A DNA stretch of 64,000 nt from Thauera sp. (lineage in GTDB: Bacteria; Pseudomonadota; Gammaproteobacteria; Burkholderiales; Rhodocyclaceae): assembly GCA_016790365.1 (NCBI GenBank), contig JAEUNQ010000145.1:1993-65992 (forward strand), in the 5' to 3' direction. The position numbers and the translations under genes were made by a program. Below are positions 1-9,924 of this stretch, in pieces (the first letter of the stretch is position 1; every line of letters starts with the position of its first letter). Under the pieces are notes generated by a model. That model did no database searches and was not told the origin of the DNA. It was given only the letters and a program-made list of their open reading frames with translations.

Positions 1-494
1 GCAATCCTCTCCCGCTGGTAGTCACCTGCCTGCGCGAGAGTGCGGTCACCGCCTTCTTCACGCGCAGCTCGGCGGCCAACATCCCGGTCAACCTCGAGCT
101 CTGCCGCCGCCTCGACCTGCACGAGGACACCTATTCGATTTCGATCCCGCTCGGTGCCACGATCAACATGGCGGGCGCGGCGATCACGATCGCGGTGATG
201 AGCCTGGCCGCCGCGCACACGGTGGGGATCGCGGTCGACCTGCCCACCGCGCTGTTGTTGTCGGTCGTGTCGGCGCTCGGCGCCTGCGGTGCGTCCGGTG
301 TCGCAGGCGGCTCGCTGCTGCTGATCCCGATGGCCTGCAACCTGTTCGGCATCCCGACCGATGTCGCGATGCAGGTGGTGGCGATCGGCTTCATCATCGG
401 CGTGGTCCAGGATTCGGTGGAAACCGCGCTCAACTCCTCGACCGACGTGCTGTTCACCGCGGCGGCTTGCCAGGCGGCGGCGAGGGCGGCCTAG
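1..494 (+). CDS. sstT: Serine/threonine:Na+ symporter (DAACS family), 5'-truncated by window edge
   Basis: [41 protein letters not shown] and [13 protein letters not shown] motifs are typical of SstT. Confidence 0.9.
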   Translation, partial: NPLPLVVTCLRESAVTAFFTRSSAANIPVNLELCRRLDLHEDTYSISIPLGATINMAGAAITIAVMSLAAAHTVGIAVDLPTALLLSVVSALGACGASGVAGGSLLLIPMACNLFGIPTDVAMQVVAIGFIIGVVQDSVETALNSSTDVLFTAAACQAAARAA

Positions 495-536
495 AAGCGT
501 CGAGTGCTTCGGCTGTGTCGAAAGCCCGGCGCCGGG

Positions 537-1067
537 CTAGGACAGCCGGCGTGCGAGTTCGCCGAGTTCCGTCGGCAGCTCGGGGCTGGTTCGCTCCGTT
601 GCCGTGGCGAGCGTCTCGACCAGCCGCGCGACCACGCTCTCGTGCGGCAGGCTGACGCCGTAATGCAGCGCCACGCCGGCGCGGAACAGCGCAAGGGTGG
701 GGAAGTTCTCCACGTCGAGATCGCCGACGAGCTCGGCATCGTCCTCCACGTCCGCCCAGGCAAAGACGATGTCGTGTCGTGCCTCGGCCAGGCGCTCCAG
801 GGTGCTGCGGAACTCCCTGCAGGTGCCGCACCACTGTGCGCATAGCGCGAGCACGACAAGGGGGGCGTTGGCGGCAGGCTGCGCGGCGAGCCGGCTTACC
901 GGCACGACCCGGGCGGACGCGCCGGATTGTGCAGGCGTGGCGGGAGAGGGCATAGCCCCGCAGGGCGTCGGCCCGGAAGGCGCGGACGAGGCGCTCCTCG
1001 TCGCCGCGGCGGAGAAAGCGGGAGACGTCGAAGCTGCGGAAGTGGGGGGGATGGACGTGGCGTTCAT
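537..1067 (-). CDS. Thioredoxin-family protein with low-complexity N-terminal extension
   Basis: LCAQWCGTC CxxC motif and DVENFPTL cis-Pro motif; true start may lie downstream. Confidence 0.8.
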   Translation of the reverse strand: MNATSIPPTSAASTSPAFSAAATRSASSAPSGPTPCGAMPSPATPAQSGASARVVPVSRLAAQPAANAPLVVLALCAQWCGTCREFRSTLERLAEARHDIVFAWADVEDDAELVGDLDVENFPTLALFRAGVALHYGVSLPHESVVARLVETLATATERTSPELPTELGELARRLS

Positions 1068-1100
1068 GGCTCGGGTTGGACGCCCGCCCGTGCGCGAGGC

Positions 1101-1370
1101 TCAGGCCGGGCAGACTTCCAGCATGCTGCACTTGGCGATGCCGAACTCGGTCTCGACCAGCAGCGGGTAGGCGGCGCCGCCGAAGCGGCCGGAGTTCGCG
1201 ATGTTATAGCCGATCACGCTGCCCGGCACGCGGCCGATGCGGACGCGGCGCCCGATGCGGAAGCCGGCGTCGATCGCGCGATGGATCGACCCTCCCACCG
1301 GATCGCGCTGGCTGCGGGTGCGCGACTGCGGGCACGTTCCTTCGACGACGACGAGCGAGCGGGTGTTCAT
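1101..1370 (-). CDS. Small hypothetical protein
   Basis: 89 aa ORF with GAGG SD and plausible composition. Confidence 0.6.
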   Translation of the reverse strand: MNTRSLVVVEGTCPQSRTRSQRDPVGGSIHRAIDAGFRIGRRVRIGRVPGSVIGYNIANSGRFGGAAYPLLVETEFGIAKCSMLEVCPA

Positions 1371-1505
1371 GGTGACCTCTGTGGCGGGGAGCGGAAACGA
1401 TACCTCTGTCCCTGTTCACGGTCAGCCTAGGGCTTTCCACAGCCCTCTTGTGCCGGAAAGCGTGCGGCATGTGATCGGGATCACGCGCGCGCGCCGGACT
1501 GGATG

Positions 1506-3464
1506 TCAGTTTCGCGACACACTGCGCGGCACGAAGCTCACCTTCTGTGCCACCACGGCATCGCGCATCTTCGCCACGTGCGGGCGCAGCGCGCCGATCA
1601 CGTGCATCTCGCAGCGCTTGCAGTCGAACTTCAGCGTCAGCGTCTCGTCGCCATTCACCAGTTGCATCGGGTCGGGGCGGATGCCCTTCACTTCCTTCGG
1701 GCACAGGTTGAAGCTGTAGCGCAGGCAGTGCTTGGTGATCATCAGCGAGACGTCGTCGCGCTCCTCGTTGGCTTCGAAGGCAGCGTCGATCAGCTTGACC
1801 CCGTGGCGGGCGTAAAAGGCACGCGCCTTGTCGTTCGATACGTTGGCGAGATAGCTCAGTGCGTCCTGCGGGTAGGGTACCGGCGGCTCTACGGGTGCTG
1901 CGCGCGGCGGGCGGGCATGGGCCGCGAGGCGGGCAGCTTCCAGCTGCTCCACGGCGTCACGGCGCAAGGCGTTGAGCTGGCTGGCGGGCAGGAAGGGCGC
2001 GGCGGGCAGGTCGAGCTCGATCTCGCCCACGGTGAAGATCGTGTTGCCGAGCTTGCCGAGGTGCTCGCGCAGGGTGGCGAGCGCGCGTTCGGCGTTCTGC
2101 GCCGGCTCGAAGGCGGCGGTGAGCGTGGCGGTGACGGCGACACCGTCCTCGTCGGTCAGCGTCAGCGCGAAGCCGTCCGCGCTCGCCGCGAAGAGCGCAT
2201 TCACGCCGATGCGGCGTTCGGCGGATTTCTTCTCCAGCGTGCGCTCGAATTCGTGGTCGTGGTTGCGGAACAGCGAGGTGCCGGGAACCAGGTCGGCGGG
2301 CAGCGGATCGGCGGGGAAGATGCGGTCGATGCCTGCGCCGCCGCCGTCGGCCTCGGCGCGGTTTACGCGCAGGCCGGTGAGCTCGCCCCTGGGGTCGTAC
2401 CAGGTGAGGCCGTCGGCGTTGTGGATCGGCGCCGCACGCTCGACGTCGAAGAACTTGCGCCCCTTGGTGTCGATCTTCCTGACGCGGCCGATCGGCTCGC
2501 CGACGAACTTGGGCGACTCGAAGGCCTCGATGCCGTGGCGGCGGTCGTGGGTGAAGTAGTCGGTGTAGCCGCGGTTGAAGGTCTTGTCGGCCTGCGGGGT
2601 GAAGAAGAAGGTGGTGCGCCCGCTCGAGGCGCGGCGCCAGGCGGTGCCGTCGGCGTCGGGGTGCGCGAGGATGTCGTCGATGAGCGTGCGGTAGTGCGCG
2701 GTGATGTTCTTGACGTAGGAGAGGTCCTTGTAGCGGCCCTCGATCTTGAACGAGCTCACGCCCGCGGCGGCGAGCGCGCGCAGGTTGGCGCTCTGGTTGT
2801 TGTCCGTCATCGACAGCATGTGCTGGTTGCTGGCGACGGTGTTGCCGGCGGCGTCCTTGAGGTCGTAGGGCAGGCGACAGGCCTGCGAGCACTCGCCGCG
2901 GTTGGCGCTGCGCCCGGTGTGGGCGTGGCTGATGTAGCACTGGCCGGAGAAGGCCACGCACAGCGCGCCGTGCACGAAGTATTCGAGCTGACAGGTGGTG
3001 GCCGCGGCGATCTTCTTCACCTCAGCGAGCGACAGCTCGCGCGCGAGCACGATCTGCGAGAAGCCCACGTCCTGCAGGAAGCGCGCCTTGCTGGCGTCGC
3101 GGATGTCGGTCTGCGTGCTGGCGTGGAGCTGGATCGGCGGCAGGTCGAACTCGAGCAGGCCCATGTCCTGCACGATCAGGGCGTCGACGCCGGCATCGTA
3201 GAGTTGCCAGATCAGCTTGCGCGCGGGCTCGAGCTCGTGGTCGAAGAGGATGGTGTTGGTGGCGACGAAGATCTGCGCGTGGTAGCGGTGGGCGTGCTTC
3301 ACGAGGCGGGCGATGTCCGCGACCGAGTTGTCCGCAGACGAACGCGCGCCGAAGGCCGGGCCGCCGATGTAGACCGCGTCCGCGCCGTGGTTGATGGCTT
3401 CGATGCCGAAGTCGGCGGTCTTGGCCGGGGCGAGGAGTTCGAGGGTCTGGCGGTCGGTGCTCAT
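1506..3464 (-). CDS. U32 peptidase-family protein with C-terminal DUF3656 (RlhA-like 23S rRNA hydroxylation protein)
   Basis: LELLAPA, GADAVYIG, HASTQ, HGALCVAFSGQC, NRGECSQACRLPY, KIEGR; start taken at MSTDRQ. Confidence 0.85.
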   Translation of the reverse strand: MSTDRQTLELLAPAKTADFGIEAINHGADAVYIGGPAFGARSSADNSVADIARLVKHAHRYHAQIFVATNTILFDHELEPARKLIWQLYDAGVDALIVQDMGLLEFDLPPIQLHASTQTDIRDASKARFLQDVGFSQIVLARELSLAEVKKIAAATTCQLEYFVHGALCVAFSGQCYISHAHTGRSANRGECSQACRLPYDLKDAAGNTVASNQHMLSMTDNNQSANLRALAAAGVSSFKIEGRYKDLSYVKNITAHYRTLIDDILAHPDADGTAWRRASSGRTTFFFTPQADKTFNRGYTDYFTHDRRHGIEAFESPKFVGEPIGRVRKIDTKGRKFFDVERAAPIHNADGLTWYDPRGELTGLRVNRAEADGGGAGIDRIFPADPLPADLVPGTSLFRNHDHEFERTLEKKSAERRIGVNALFAASADGFALTLTDEDGVAVTATLTAAFEPAQNAERALATLREHLGKLGNTIFTVGEIELDLPAAPFLPASQLNALRRDAVEQLEAARLAAHARPPRAAPVEPPVPYPQDALSYLANVSNDKARAFYARHGVKLIDAAFEANEERDDVSLMITKHCLRYSFNLCPKEVKGIRPDPMQLVNGDETLTLKFDCKRCEMHVIGALRPHVAKMRDAVVAQKVSFVPRSVSRN

Positions 3465-3605
3465 CGGCGTATGGGGTGCACAAGCACTTGATTGGAAAGG
3501 CCGCGATGATAGCAAGCCGCGCCCCGGCAGGTGCGCCCGTGGGCAAAAAAGCGCGCGCCGCCGGAGCGTGTGATGGGGCGATCTGTAGCCCTGCGCCCCG
3601 GCAGC

Positions 3606-4484
3606 CTATCCTCGGGCCTGCGCCACCTCGAGCTGGTGCACCAGTTCGGCGGCGAAGTTTGCCGCCGCGTCCGGTGTGGCGCCGAGGAAGAGTTCGGGCT
3701 CGATCGCCTCCAGCTCCATCAGCGCCGGGTGGCCCTCGTAGCTCACCAGGTCGACCCTGGCATAGGTCGTCGCTGCGGGCGCGTGCTGGAGCAAGGCCTC
3801 GGCCAGCGTGCGTTCGGCCACGGTCGGCGTGTGCGCATGCACGGTACCGCCGTACATGTCCTGCACACGGTAGTCGCCCGCGGCAGGGCGTTTGCAGATG
3901 GCATGGGAAAAGACCCCGCCGAAATAGATCAGCGACACCTCTCCCGCCTCCGCGATGCTGCGCACGAAGGGCTGGACCATGACGTCGCCTTCGGCGACCA
4001 GGCTTTCCAGATGTGCCAGGCAGGCCGGGTCGTCGGCGCGGGTGCGCAGGGCGCCGATGGCACCGATCGACACCGCGGGCTTGACCACCACCTCGTCCCA
4101 GCCCTGCGCGGCCAGCCGCGCACCGGGGGCGGCTGCAGCGTGTTCGATCCACAGCGTGGGCACGATGGCGACGCCGCCGGCCGCGAGTTCGCGCAGGTAG
4201 CCCTTGTGGCTGTTCCAGGCGATCACCGCCACAGGGTTGACGAGGCGGGTGAGCGCGCTGGTGCGCTCGGCCCAGGCCAGGAAGGCGTCGAGGTGGCGGA
4301 AATAGTCCCAGGGCGTGCGCACCACCACGAGGGGGTACGCGGCCCAGTCCTGTTCGCTGTTCCAGGGCAGCACGTCGGCCACGATGCCGCGCCGTGCGAG
4401 CGCTGCCACGAGCAAGTGGGTTTCGGTGTCCGGCTTGGCCATCATGGCGCCGGTGACGAGGGCCATGCGGGAAAGGTTTGGCAT
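3606..4484 (-). CDS. ATP-grasp ligase (RimK/glutathione synthetase-like)
   Basis: RTPWDY, WNSHKGYL, VVKPAVS, VQPF, YARVD and ELEAIEPELF motifs. Confidence 0.8.
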   Translation of the reverse strand: MPNLSRMALVTGAMMAKPDTETHLLVAALARRGIVADVLPWNSEQDWAAYPLVVVRTPWDYFRHLDAFLAWAERTSALTRLVNPVAVIAWNSHKGYLRELAAGGVAIVPTLWIEHAAAAPGARLAAQGWDEVVVKPAVSIGAIGALRTRADDPACLAHLESLVAEGDVMVQPFVRSIAEAGEVSLIYFGGVFSHAICKRPAAGDYRVQDMYGGTVHAHTPTVAERTLAEALLQHAPAATTYARVDLVSYEGHPALMELEAIEPELFLGATPDAAANFAAELVHQLEVAQARG

Positions 4485-4726
4485 GAGGGGGCAGGGCTGT
4501 TCGGAAGGGGTCGAGCGCGGACCATGGGCCCGCATGGGAGTAGCGAGTCTATCGGAGTGGGGCGAAGAGCGATGACACCGCTACGGCGCCAAGTCCCGCG
4601 CCATCAGTCCTCTTGTCCCCGGATGGGCTCGCCCTGCGCTGGAGATTGCCGCGGACCCGATGCACGACCTCGCATGACGGGATTCCCGTCCGTACGAGTT
4701 GCGCAGGTGGCGCGGCGGGCATGCCG

Positions 4727-5074
4727 CTAGCCTCCGCCTGTTTTCCGGCGCAGGACGAAGGGCAGCAACACCAGCAGCCCGACCGCGTCGGCCAGCCAGT
4801 CGAGCGGGTCGCCGTAGCGGTAGGTGGTGGTCGACTGCGCCACTTCCATCGCCGCGCCGTAGGCCAGCAGGCCCGCCGCGAGCAGTCCGGCGCGCTGTGG
4901 CCAGGCGGCGATGCCGAGGATCGCGAGGCCGGCGAAGAGCAGGGCGTGCTCGACCTTGTCCTGCCAGGAGAACAGCTTGATCACCGGCTCGATCGGCATC
5001 AGCGCGAGCCAGAAGGCGGCGCCGAGGGCGGCGATGAAGAGCATGCGCAGCAGCGTGCGAACGGATGCGGGCAT
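4727..5074 (-). CDS. VanZ-like membrane protein
   Basis: QDKVEHALLF...EVAQSTTTYRYGDPLDWLADAVG. Confidence 0.8.
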   Translation of the reverse strand: MPASVRTLLRMLFIAALGAAFWLALMPIEPVIKLFSWQDKVEHALLFAGLAILGIAAWPQRAGLLAAGLLAYGAAMEVAQSTTTYRYGDPLDWLADAVGLLVLLPFVLRRKTGGG

Positions 5075-5234
5075 CGGTGGTCCCAGAAAAGTGGTCGGTC
5101 GGTCGCGGGCGGCGTGCTGTGCGCAGCGGCGCAGGAAACTGTGCGGGGCGCTCCGCAGCGCGCGAGGTCGGAGCAGCTTAGCGACAAATGCGCGGTGCGT
5201 GGTGCACTGCGGCAGAAGCTGGGGAGATGACTCG

Positions 5235-6419
5235 ATGCAGGATGGCAAAGCTCGCAACTTTTCAAGCGCACGCACGAGTGCGTGCGGTTTGCTGCGCGCC
5301 GCGGTGCTGGCCGGCGCGTTCGTCGCCGGCAGCGCGCTCGCCTCGCTCGCAGCCGCGAGTGACATGGTGTACGCGAGCGAGGCTGGGCCCCTGCGCGTGA
5401 CCGAGGTGGCGCGCGGCCTGGAGCGCCCCTGGGCGTTCGCCTTCCTGCCCGACGGCCGCTTGCTGGTGACCGAGCGCCCCGGGCGCATGCGCATCGTCGA
5501 TGCGGACGGGCGCGTCTCCGAACCCATCGCCGGTGTCCCGGAGGTCCATGCGCGCGGGCAGGGCGGCCTGCTCGACGTCGCCCTCGGGCCGGACTTCGTC
5601 AACGACGGGCTGATCGTGTTCTCCTACGCCGAGCCGACCGCGCGCGGCGCACGCACGGCGGTGGCACGTGCGCGGCTCGACGCCGACCAACTGCGCCTGG
5701 AGGACGTGCGGCGCATCTTCGCCCAGGACGAGGATCCCTCGGGCAACCACCACTGGGGCTCGCGCTTGGTGTTCGGCCGCGACGGCCGCCTGTTCGTGAC
5801 CCTGGGCGATCGTTTCCACCATCGCGAGCGCGCGCAGGCGCTCGACAGCCATCTCGGCAAGGTGGTGCGCATCGAGCCCGATGGCGGCGTGCCCGCCGAC
5901 AACCCGCTGGTCGGGCGTGCCGACGCGCGCGGCGAGATCTGGTCCTGGGGGCACCGCAACGTGCAGGGCGCGGCCCTGCACCCGCTCACCGGCGAGCTGT
6001 GGACGCACGAGCACGGTCCGCAGGGGGGCGACGAGATCAACCGCACGCTCGCCGGGCGCAACCATGGCTGGCCGGAGATCACCTACGGCCGCGAATACGT
6101 GACCGGCCGCAAGATCGGCGCCGGGAGCGAGCGCACCGACGTGGCAGCGCCGGTGCTGCAATGGACGCCCTCGATCGCGCCCTCCGGGATGGCCTTCTAC
6201 ACCGGTGACGCCTTCCCGCAGTGGAAGGGCAACCTCTTCGTGGGCGCGCTCAAGTTCCAGCTGCTCGCCCGCCTGGTTCTCGATGGCGAGCGCGTGGTGC
6301 ACGAGGAGCGCCTGCTCGAGGGCGTGGGGCGGATCCGCGACGTTCGCCAGGGGCCGGACGGCCGCCTGTGGCTGCTCGACGAGAGCGCCGGGCGCGTGCT
6401 GCGGATCGATCCGCAGTGA
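5235..6419 (+). CDS. PQQ-dependent sugar dehydrogenase (YliI/GSDH family)
   Basis: GLERPWAFAFLPDG, GQGGLLDV, GHRNVQG, EHGPQGGDEIN, SIAPSG; signal-peptide-like N-terminus. Confidence 0.9.
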   Translation: MQDGKARNFSSARTSACGLLRAAVLAGAFVAGSALASLAAASDMVYASEAGPLRVTEVARGLERPWAFAFLPDGRLLVTERPGRMRIVDADGRVSEPIAGVPEVHARGQGGLLDVALGPDFVNDGLIVFSYAEPTARGARTAVARARLDADQLRLEDVRRIFAQDEDPSGNHHWGSRLVFGRDGRLFVTLGDRFHHRERAQALDSHLGKVVRIEPDGGVPADNPLVGRADARGEIWSWGHRNVQGAALHPLTGELWTHEHGPQGGDEINRTLAGRNHGWPEITYGREYVTGRKIGAGSERTDVAAPVLQWTPSIAPSGMAFYTGDAFPQWKGNLFVGALKFQLLARLVLDGERVVHEERLLEGVGRIRDVRQGPDGRLWLLDESAGRVLRIDPQ

Positions 6420-6464
6420 GCCGGGCTCGCACCGGGGCCGACAATCCGGCCGGCACGGTCCGCC

Positions 6465-8834
6465 TCACCCCGCCTGCTTGATCGCCAGCACCGCCTGGTT
6501 GCGCAGGGTGCGCAGCATGGCCAGTTCCTGTTCACTGATGCACAGTTCGCCGGCGCGGTCCTTGTCGGCGTAGATCATCGCCACCGGGCGGCCCTTGATC
6601 GTCAAGGGGAACAGCACGAAGGTGCGTGCGGCGACCGACTTGCGGTACCAGGCCGGCACGCGCGCGGCGATCTTGGGGTCGTCCACATCGCTGATCAGCA
6701 CGTCGACGCCGCGTGCGGTCGCCACGTTGAAGGCGTTGTCGGGCTGGGCCGCGAGGCTGAAGCGCAACTGCTTGGCGAGCTCGCCCACCTCCGGGCCGAA
6801 GCCGAAGCGCCCGCACATGGTGTTGCTGCGCGCATCGCGCACGCACAGCAGCACGCGCTTGAAGCCCATCGCGCGGTACATGGTCTCGAGGATGATGCGC
6901 AGCACGTCGTTGAGGCGAAAGTCCTCGACCAGGGTGTTGCTGATGTCCTGGATGCCGGCGCTCAGCACCGCCTGCGGGTCGGCTGCGCGCTGGCCGGCTG
7001 CACCGCCCTCGGCGGGCAGCGACTGCTCCAGCAGCGCGGAGGAGGGCATCAGGGTGGCGTCTGCCCGGGTGTTCGCCGCTGGTGCGCTGCCGTCGATGAA
7101 ATGGCGCAGGTTGCGGCCGAAGCGCGTCTGCGCCAGGCTGACCTTGACCACGCGGGCGAACTCGCCGATCTCGTCGACCGCGCTGCGCAGGCGTTCGCGC
7201 GCCTCGCGCGCGGGTACCGGCACGGCCACGTCGAAGCGCGCGGCGATATCGGCCAGCGCACGCTCGCGCTCGGCCGGGGCGAGGCGCGACACCGCATCGC
7301 AACAGGCGTTGGCGCAGGCGGCCAGGGCCTGAAGGCGTTCGTCGGCGGTGCGCGGCGGATGCACCGGCCCCTCGGGCAGGGCGCGCATGCTGTTCTGGAT
7401 CAGCTCGGGGAAGCCCCAGGCACGCGCCAGCGCGACGCCGAGCTCCTCGTAGCCGGCGCCGAGCACGCGCTGTGCCGCGCTTTCCTCACTGCAGCCCTGC
7501 TGCTGCACCACGCGACGGATGTCCTCGCTCTCCTCCGGGAAATAGAACTGGCACAGCAGCCGGCCGAGATTGTGGAACACCGCGCAGATGTAGCTCTGCT
7601 CGCCGTCGCGCAGGCGCAGGCGCTGGGCGAGTTCGCGCGCGAACAGGCCCGCCAGGCAGGCGCGCAGGAATTCCTCCTGCAGCTGGCTGGCGTTGGACTT
7701 GTTCTGCAGGTGCTCGAAGAGCAGCACGGTGATCGCGATGTTGCGCACCGCGTCGAAACCGAGCACCACCACCGCGCGCGAGATCGTGCTGATGCGCCCG
7801 CCGCCGGCGGGGCGGAAATGCGCCGAATTGACCACTCGCAGCAGCTTGTTGGTGAGGCCGAAGTCGCGCAGGATCAGCGCCGACAGCGTGCCCACGCTCT
7901 CGGATTCGCTGGCCGCGATGCGGTTGATCGCCACCACCGATTCGGACAGCGCGGGAAAGTCGCCGCGATGCTTCATCCGGCGCATCAGGAAATCCACCGC
8001 GCCGGGCTTGGCCTCGGCCTCCGTGTCGGCTTCCGCCGGCTGGCGCCAGGCCTCCAGCGCGAGGCGGAACTCCGCGGCATCGGCGAAGCGGGCGAGCGGG
8101 TCGAGCGCGGCGGCGCGCAGCGCGATCGCGGCCAGCGCCTCATCGACCGGAGGGCTGCCGGCAGGCAGGGCGACCGGCGTGCCGCAAGTGCGCTCGAGGA
8201 TCTTCTTCACCCCGCCCTCGCGCGCCAGCGGGCGCCCGGCGAGCAACTCGATCAGCAGCACGCCCGCGGCGAACACGTCGTTGCGCGGGCCGATCTCGCG
8301 GCGCTCGATGTACTCGGGGGCCATGTAGCCCGGGGTGCCCGAGAGCCCCTCGCGGGTACCGGCGGCCTCGATGCGGCGGGCGATGCCGAAGTCCATCACG
8401 CGCGCATGGCCCGCGGCGTCGAGCAACACGTTGCTCGGCTTGAGGTCGCGGTGGATGACGCCTTGCGCGTGCGCCTCGGCGAGCGCGGCGAGCACCTCCA
8501 GCAGGCGGTCGACCGCCTCGCCGGCGGGCAGCGGCCCGCGCCGGTCGAGCAGCGCCGCCAGGCTCTCGCCGGGCACGTACTCGAACACCAGGTAAGGGTC
8601 GCCATCGTCCTCGCCAGCCTCGAACACCGGCACGATGCCGGGGTGGCGCAGCCGGCTCACCGCGCGCGCCTCGGCGAGCAGCGAGGCGTTGTCGTGACCG
8701 GGGCGGGGACCGAGGTGCAGCGCCTTGAGCGCCACCTCGCGCTCGAGCTGGGGATCCCAGGCGAGATGAACCACGCTCTGCGCACCCCGGCCGAGCTCGC
8801 GGCGGACCTCGAAGCGGCCGATCGTGCGCGTCAT
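6465..8834 (-). CDS. Hanks-type Ser/Thr protein kinase fused to HDOD and C-terminal GAF-like domain
   Basis: LGRGAQS, VALK, HRDLKPSN, DFG, GTPGYMAPE; HDOD motif DFGLTNKLLRVVNSA...TISRAVVVLGFDAVRN; start MTRTIGRF with GGAGG SD. Confidence 0.9.
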   Translation of the reverse strand: MTRTIGRFEVRRELGRGAQSVVHLAWDPQLEREVALKALHLGPRPGHDNASLLAEARAVSRLRHPGIVPVFEAGEDDGDPYLVFEYVPGESLAALLDRRGPLPAGEAVDRLLEVLAALAEAHAQGVIHRDLKPSNVLLDAAGHARVMDFGIARRIEAAGTREGLSGTPGYMAPEYIERREIGPRNDVFAAGVLLIELLAGRPLAREGGVKKILERTCGTPVALPAGSPPVDEALAAIALRAAALDPLARFADAAEFRLALEAWRQPAEADTEAEAKPGAVDFLMRRMKHRGDFPALSESVVAINRIAASESESVGTLSALILRDFGLTNKLLRVVNSAHFRPAGGGRISTISRAVVVLGFDAVRNIAITVLLFEHLQNKSNASQLQEEFLRACLAGLFARELAQRLRLRDGEQSYICAVFHNLGRLLCQFYFPEESEDIRRVVQQQGCSEESAAQRVLGAGYEELGVALARAWGFPELIQNSMRALPEGPVHPPRTADERLQALAACANACCDAVSRLAPAERERALADIAARFDVAVPVPAREARERLRSAVDEIGEFARVVKVSLAQTRFGRNLRHFIDGSAPAANTRADATLMPSSALLEQSLPAEGGAAGQRAADPQAVLSAGIQDISNTLVEDFRLNDVLRIILETMYRAMGFKRVLLCVRDARSNTMCGRFGFGPEVGELAKQLRFSLAAQPDNAFNVATARGVDVLISDVDDPKIAARVPAWYRKSVAARTFVLFPLTIKGRPVAMIYADKDRAGELCISEQELAMLRTLRNQAVLAIKQAG

Positions 8835-8960
8835 CGCGCGCCTCCCTCCGCATCCCCGCCGGCGCCGTGGCGAGCGCGTGGGAACGACGCCACAGCGCGG
8901 GTGATGCCGTGGTTTCGTGGGATGATCGCGGACTTCTCGAGCATGGATGGATGAGCCAGG

Positions 8961-9326
8961 ATGGAAAGTCCCTTCAAAGGCAGGACCGGTTTGCGCCGGA
9001 TCCTCAACGCGGCCCGCTATTCGATGGACGGACTGCGCGCAGCCTACCGGCACGAGGATGCCTTTCGCCAGGAAATATGGCTCACCGTGGTCGCGGTTCC
9101 GTTTGCGCTCTGGCTGGGCGAGGGGGCGGTCGAGCGCGCGCTGATGATCGGGAGCGTGCTGCTGGTGTTGGTGGTGGAGCTGTTGAACTCGGCGGTGGAA
9201 GCCACGGTCGACCGGGTATCGCTGGAGCGCCACGAGCTCGCCAAGCGTGCAAAGGACGTCGGCAGCGCGGCGGTGCTGGTCGCACTGCTCAACGCTGCCG
9301 TGGTGTGGAGCTTGCTGCTGTTCTGA
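8961..9326 (+). CDS. dgkA: Diacylglycerol kinase
   Basis: EDAFRQE, ELLNSAVEATVDR, AKDVGSAAV. Confidence 0.95.
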   Translation: MESPFKGRTGLRRILNAARYSMDGLRAAYRHEDAFRQEIWLTVVAVPFALWLGEGAVERALMIGSVLLVLVVELLNSAVEATVDRVSLERHELAKRAKDVGSAAVLVALLNAAVVWSLLLF

Positions 9327-9357
9327 ACCGAAGGCCCCGAGCCGGGGCAGCGCGGGC

Positions 9358-9924
9358 TCAGGCCGACTTCGGCCCCCAGCTGCGCACCGGGCCGGTGTCG
9401 ATGTGCAGGAAATCGGAGTCGGGGTAGTAACCGACGCCGCCGGCGCCGAGCGCGAGCGCTGCGTCGCGGACGCGGGCGGTGTCGATGCCCACCAGGCGGA
9501 TGTCGATCGCCTTGCCGTCCATGTGCAGGCTGCGCTTGGCCACCCCGCCGCCACGCGTCTTGCGCAGCATGGTGTTGGTGGTGGGCGAGCGGTACCCCGA
9601 GATGATCTCGAAGGTATCGCCGCCGCAGGCGAGGCTCAATGCGTGAAGCATGTCATAGAGCCGGGGATCCATCCGTGTAGACTCTCCGGTTCGAAAGTCG
9701 CGCAGAAGCCAGTCCATGCGCTGCAGGGCCGGCTGGATGTAGCCGTGGCGGTTGCGGAAAGCGACGCGCAGGCGTTCTTCGGTGTGGGTGTGGCGGAAGG
9801 CGAGATGCGGATCGCGTTGTGCGGCCTGGGCCGTGGCCGCCGAGAACCCCAGCGGCAGCGTGGCAAGGCCTTTGAGCAACAGGCGGCGATGCGGTACGAC
9901 CTGATTCCGGATGGTATTAGACAT
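9358..9924 (-). CDS. DUF882/YcbK (MepK-like, peptidase M15) Tat-exported peptidoglycan endopeptidase
   Basis: RRLLLK Tat-like signal; ISGYRSP, SLHMDGKAIDI, GVGYYP, HIDTG. Confidence 0.9.
   Translation of the reverse strand: MSNTIRNQVVPHRRLLLKGLATLPLGFSAATAQAAQRDPHLAFRHTHTEERLRVAFRNRHGYIQPALQRMDWLLRDFRTGESTRMDPRLYDMLHALSLACGGDTFEIISGYRSPTTNTMLRKTRGGGVAKRSLHMDGKAIDIRLVGIDTARVRDAALALGAGGVGYYPDSDFLHIDTGPVRSWGPKSA

Noticed and set aside
8835-9554. N-terminal extension of the kinase ORF to 1029 aa
   Set aside because: Overlaps dgkA and the MepK-like gene; a good SD precedes the ATG at 8834.
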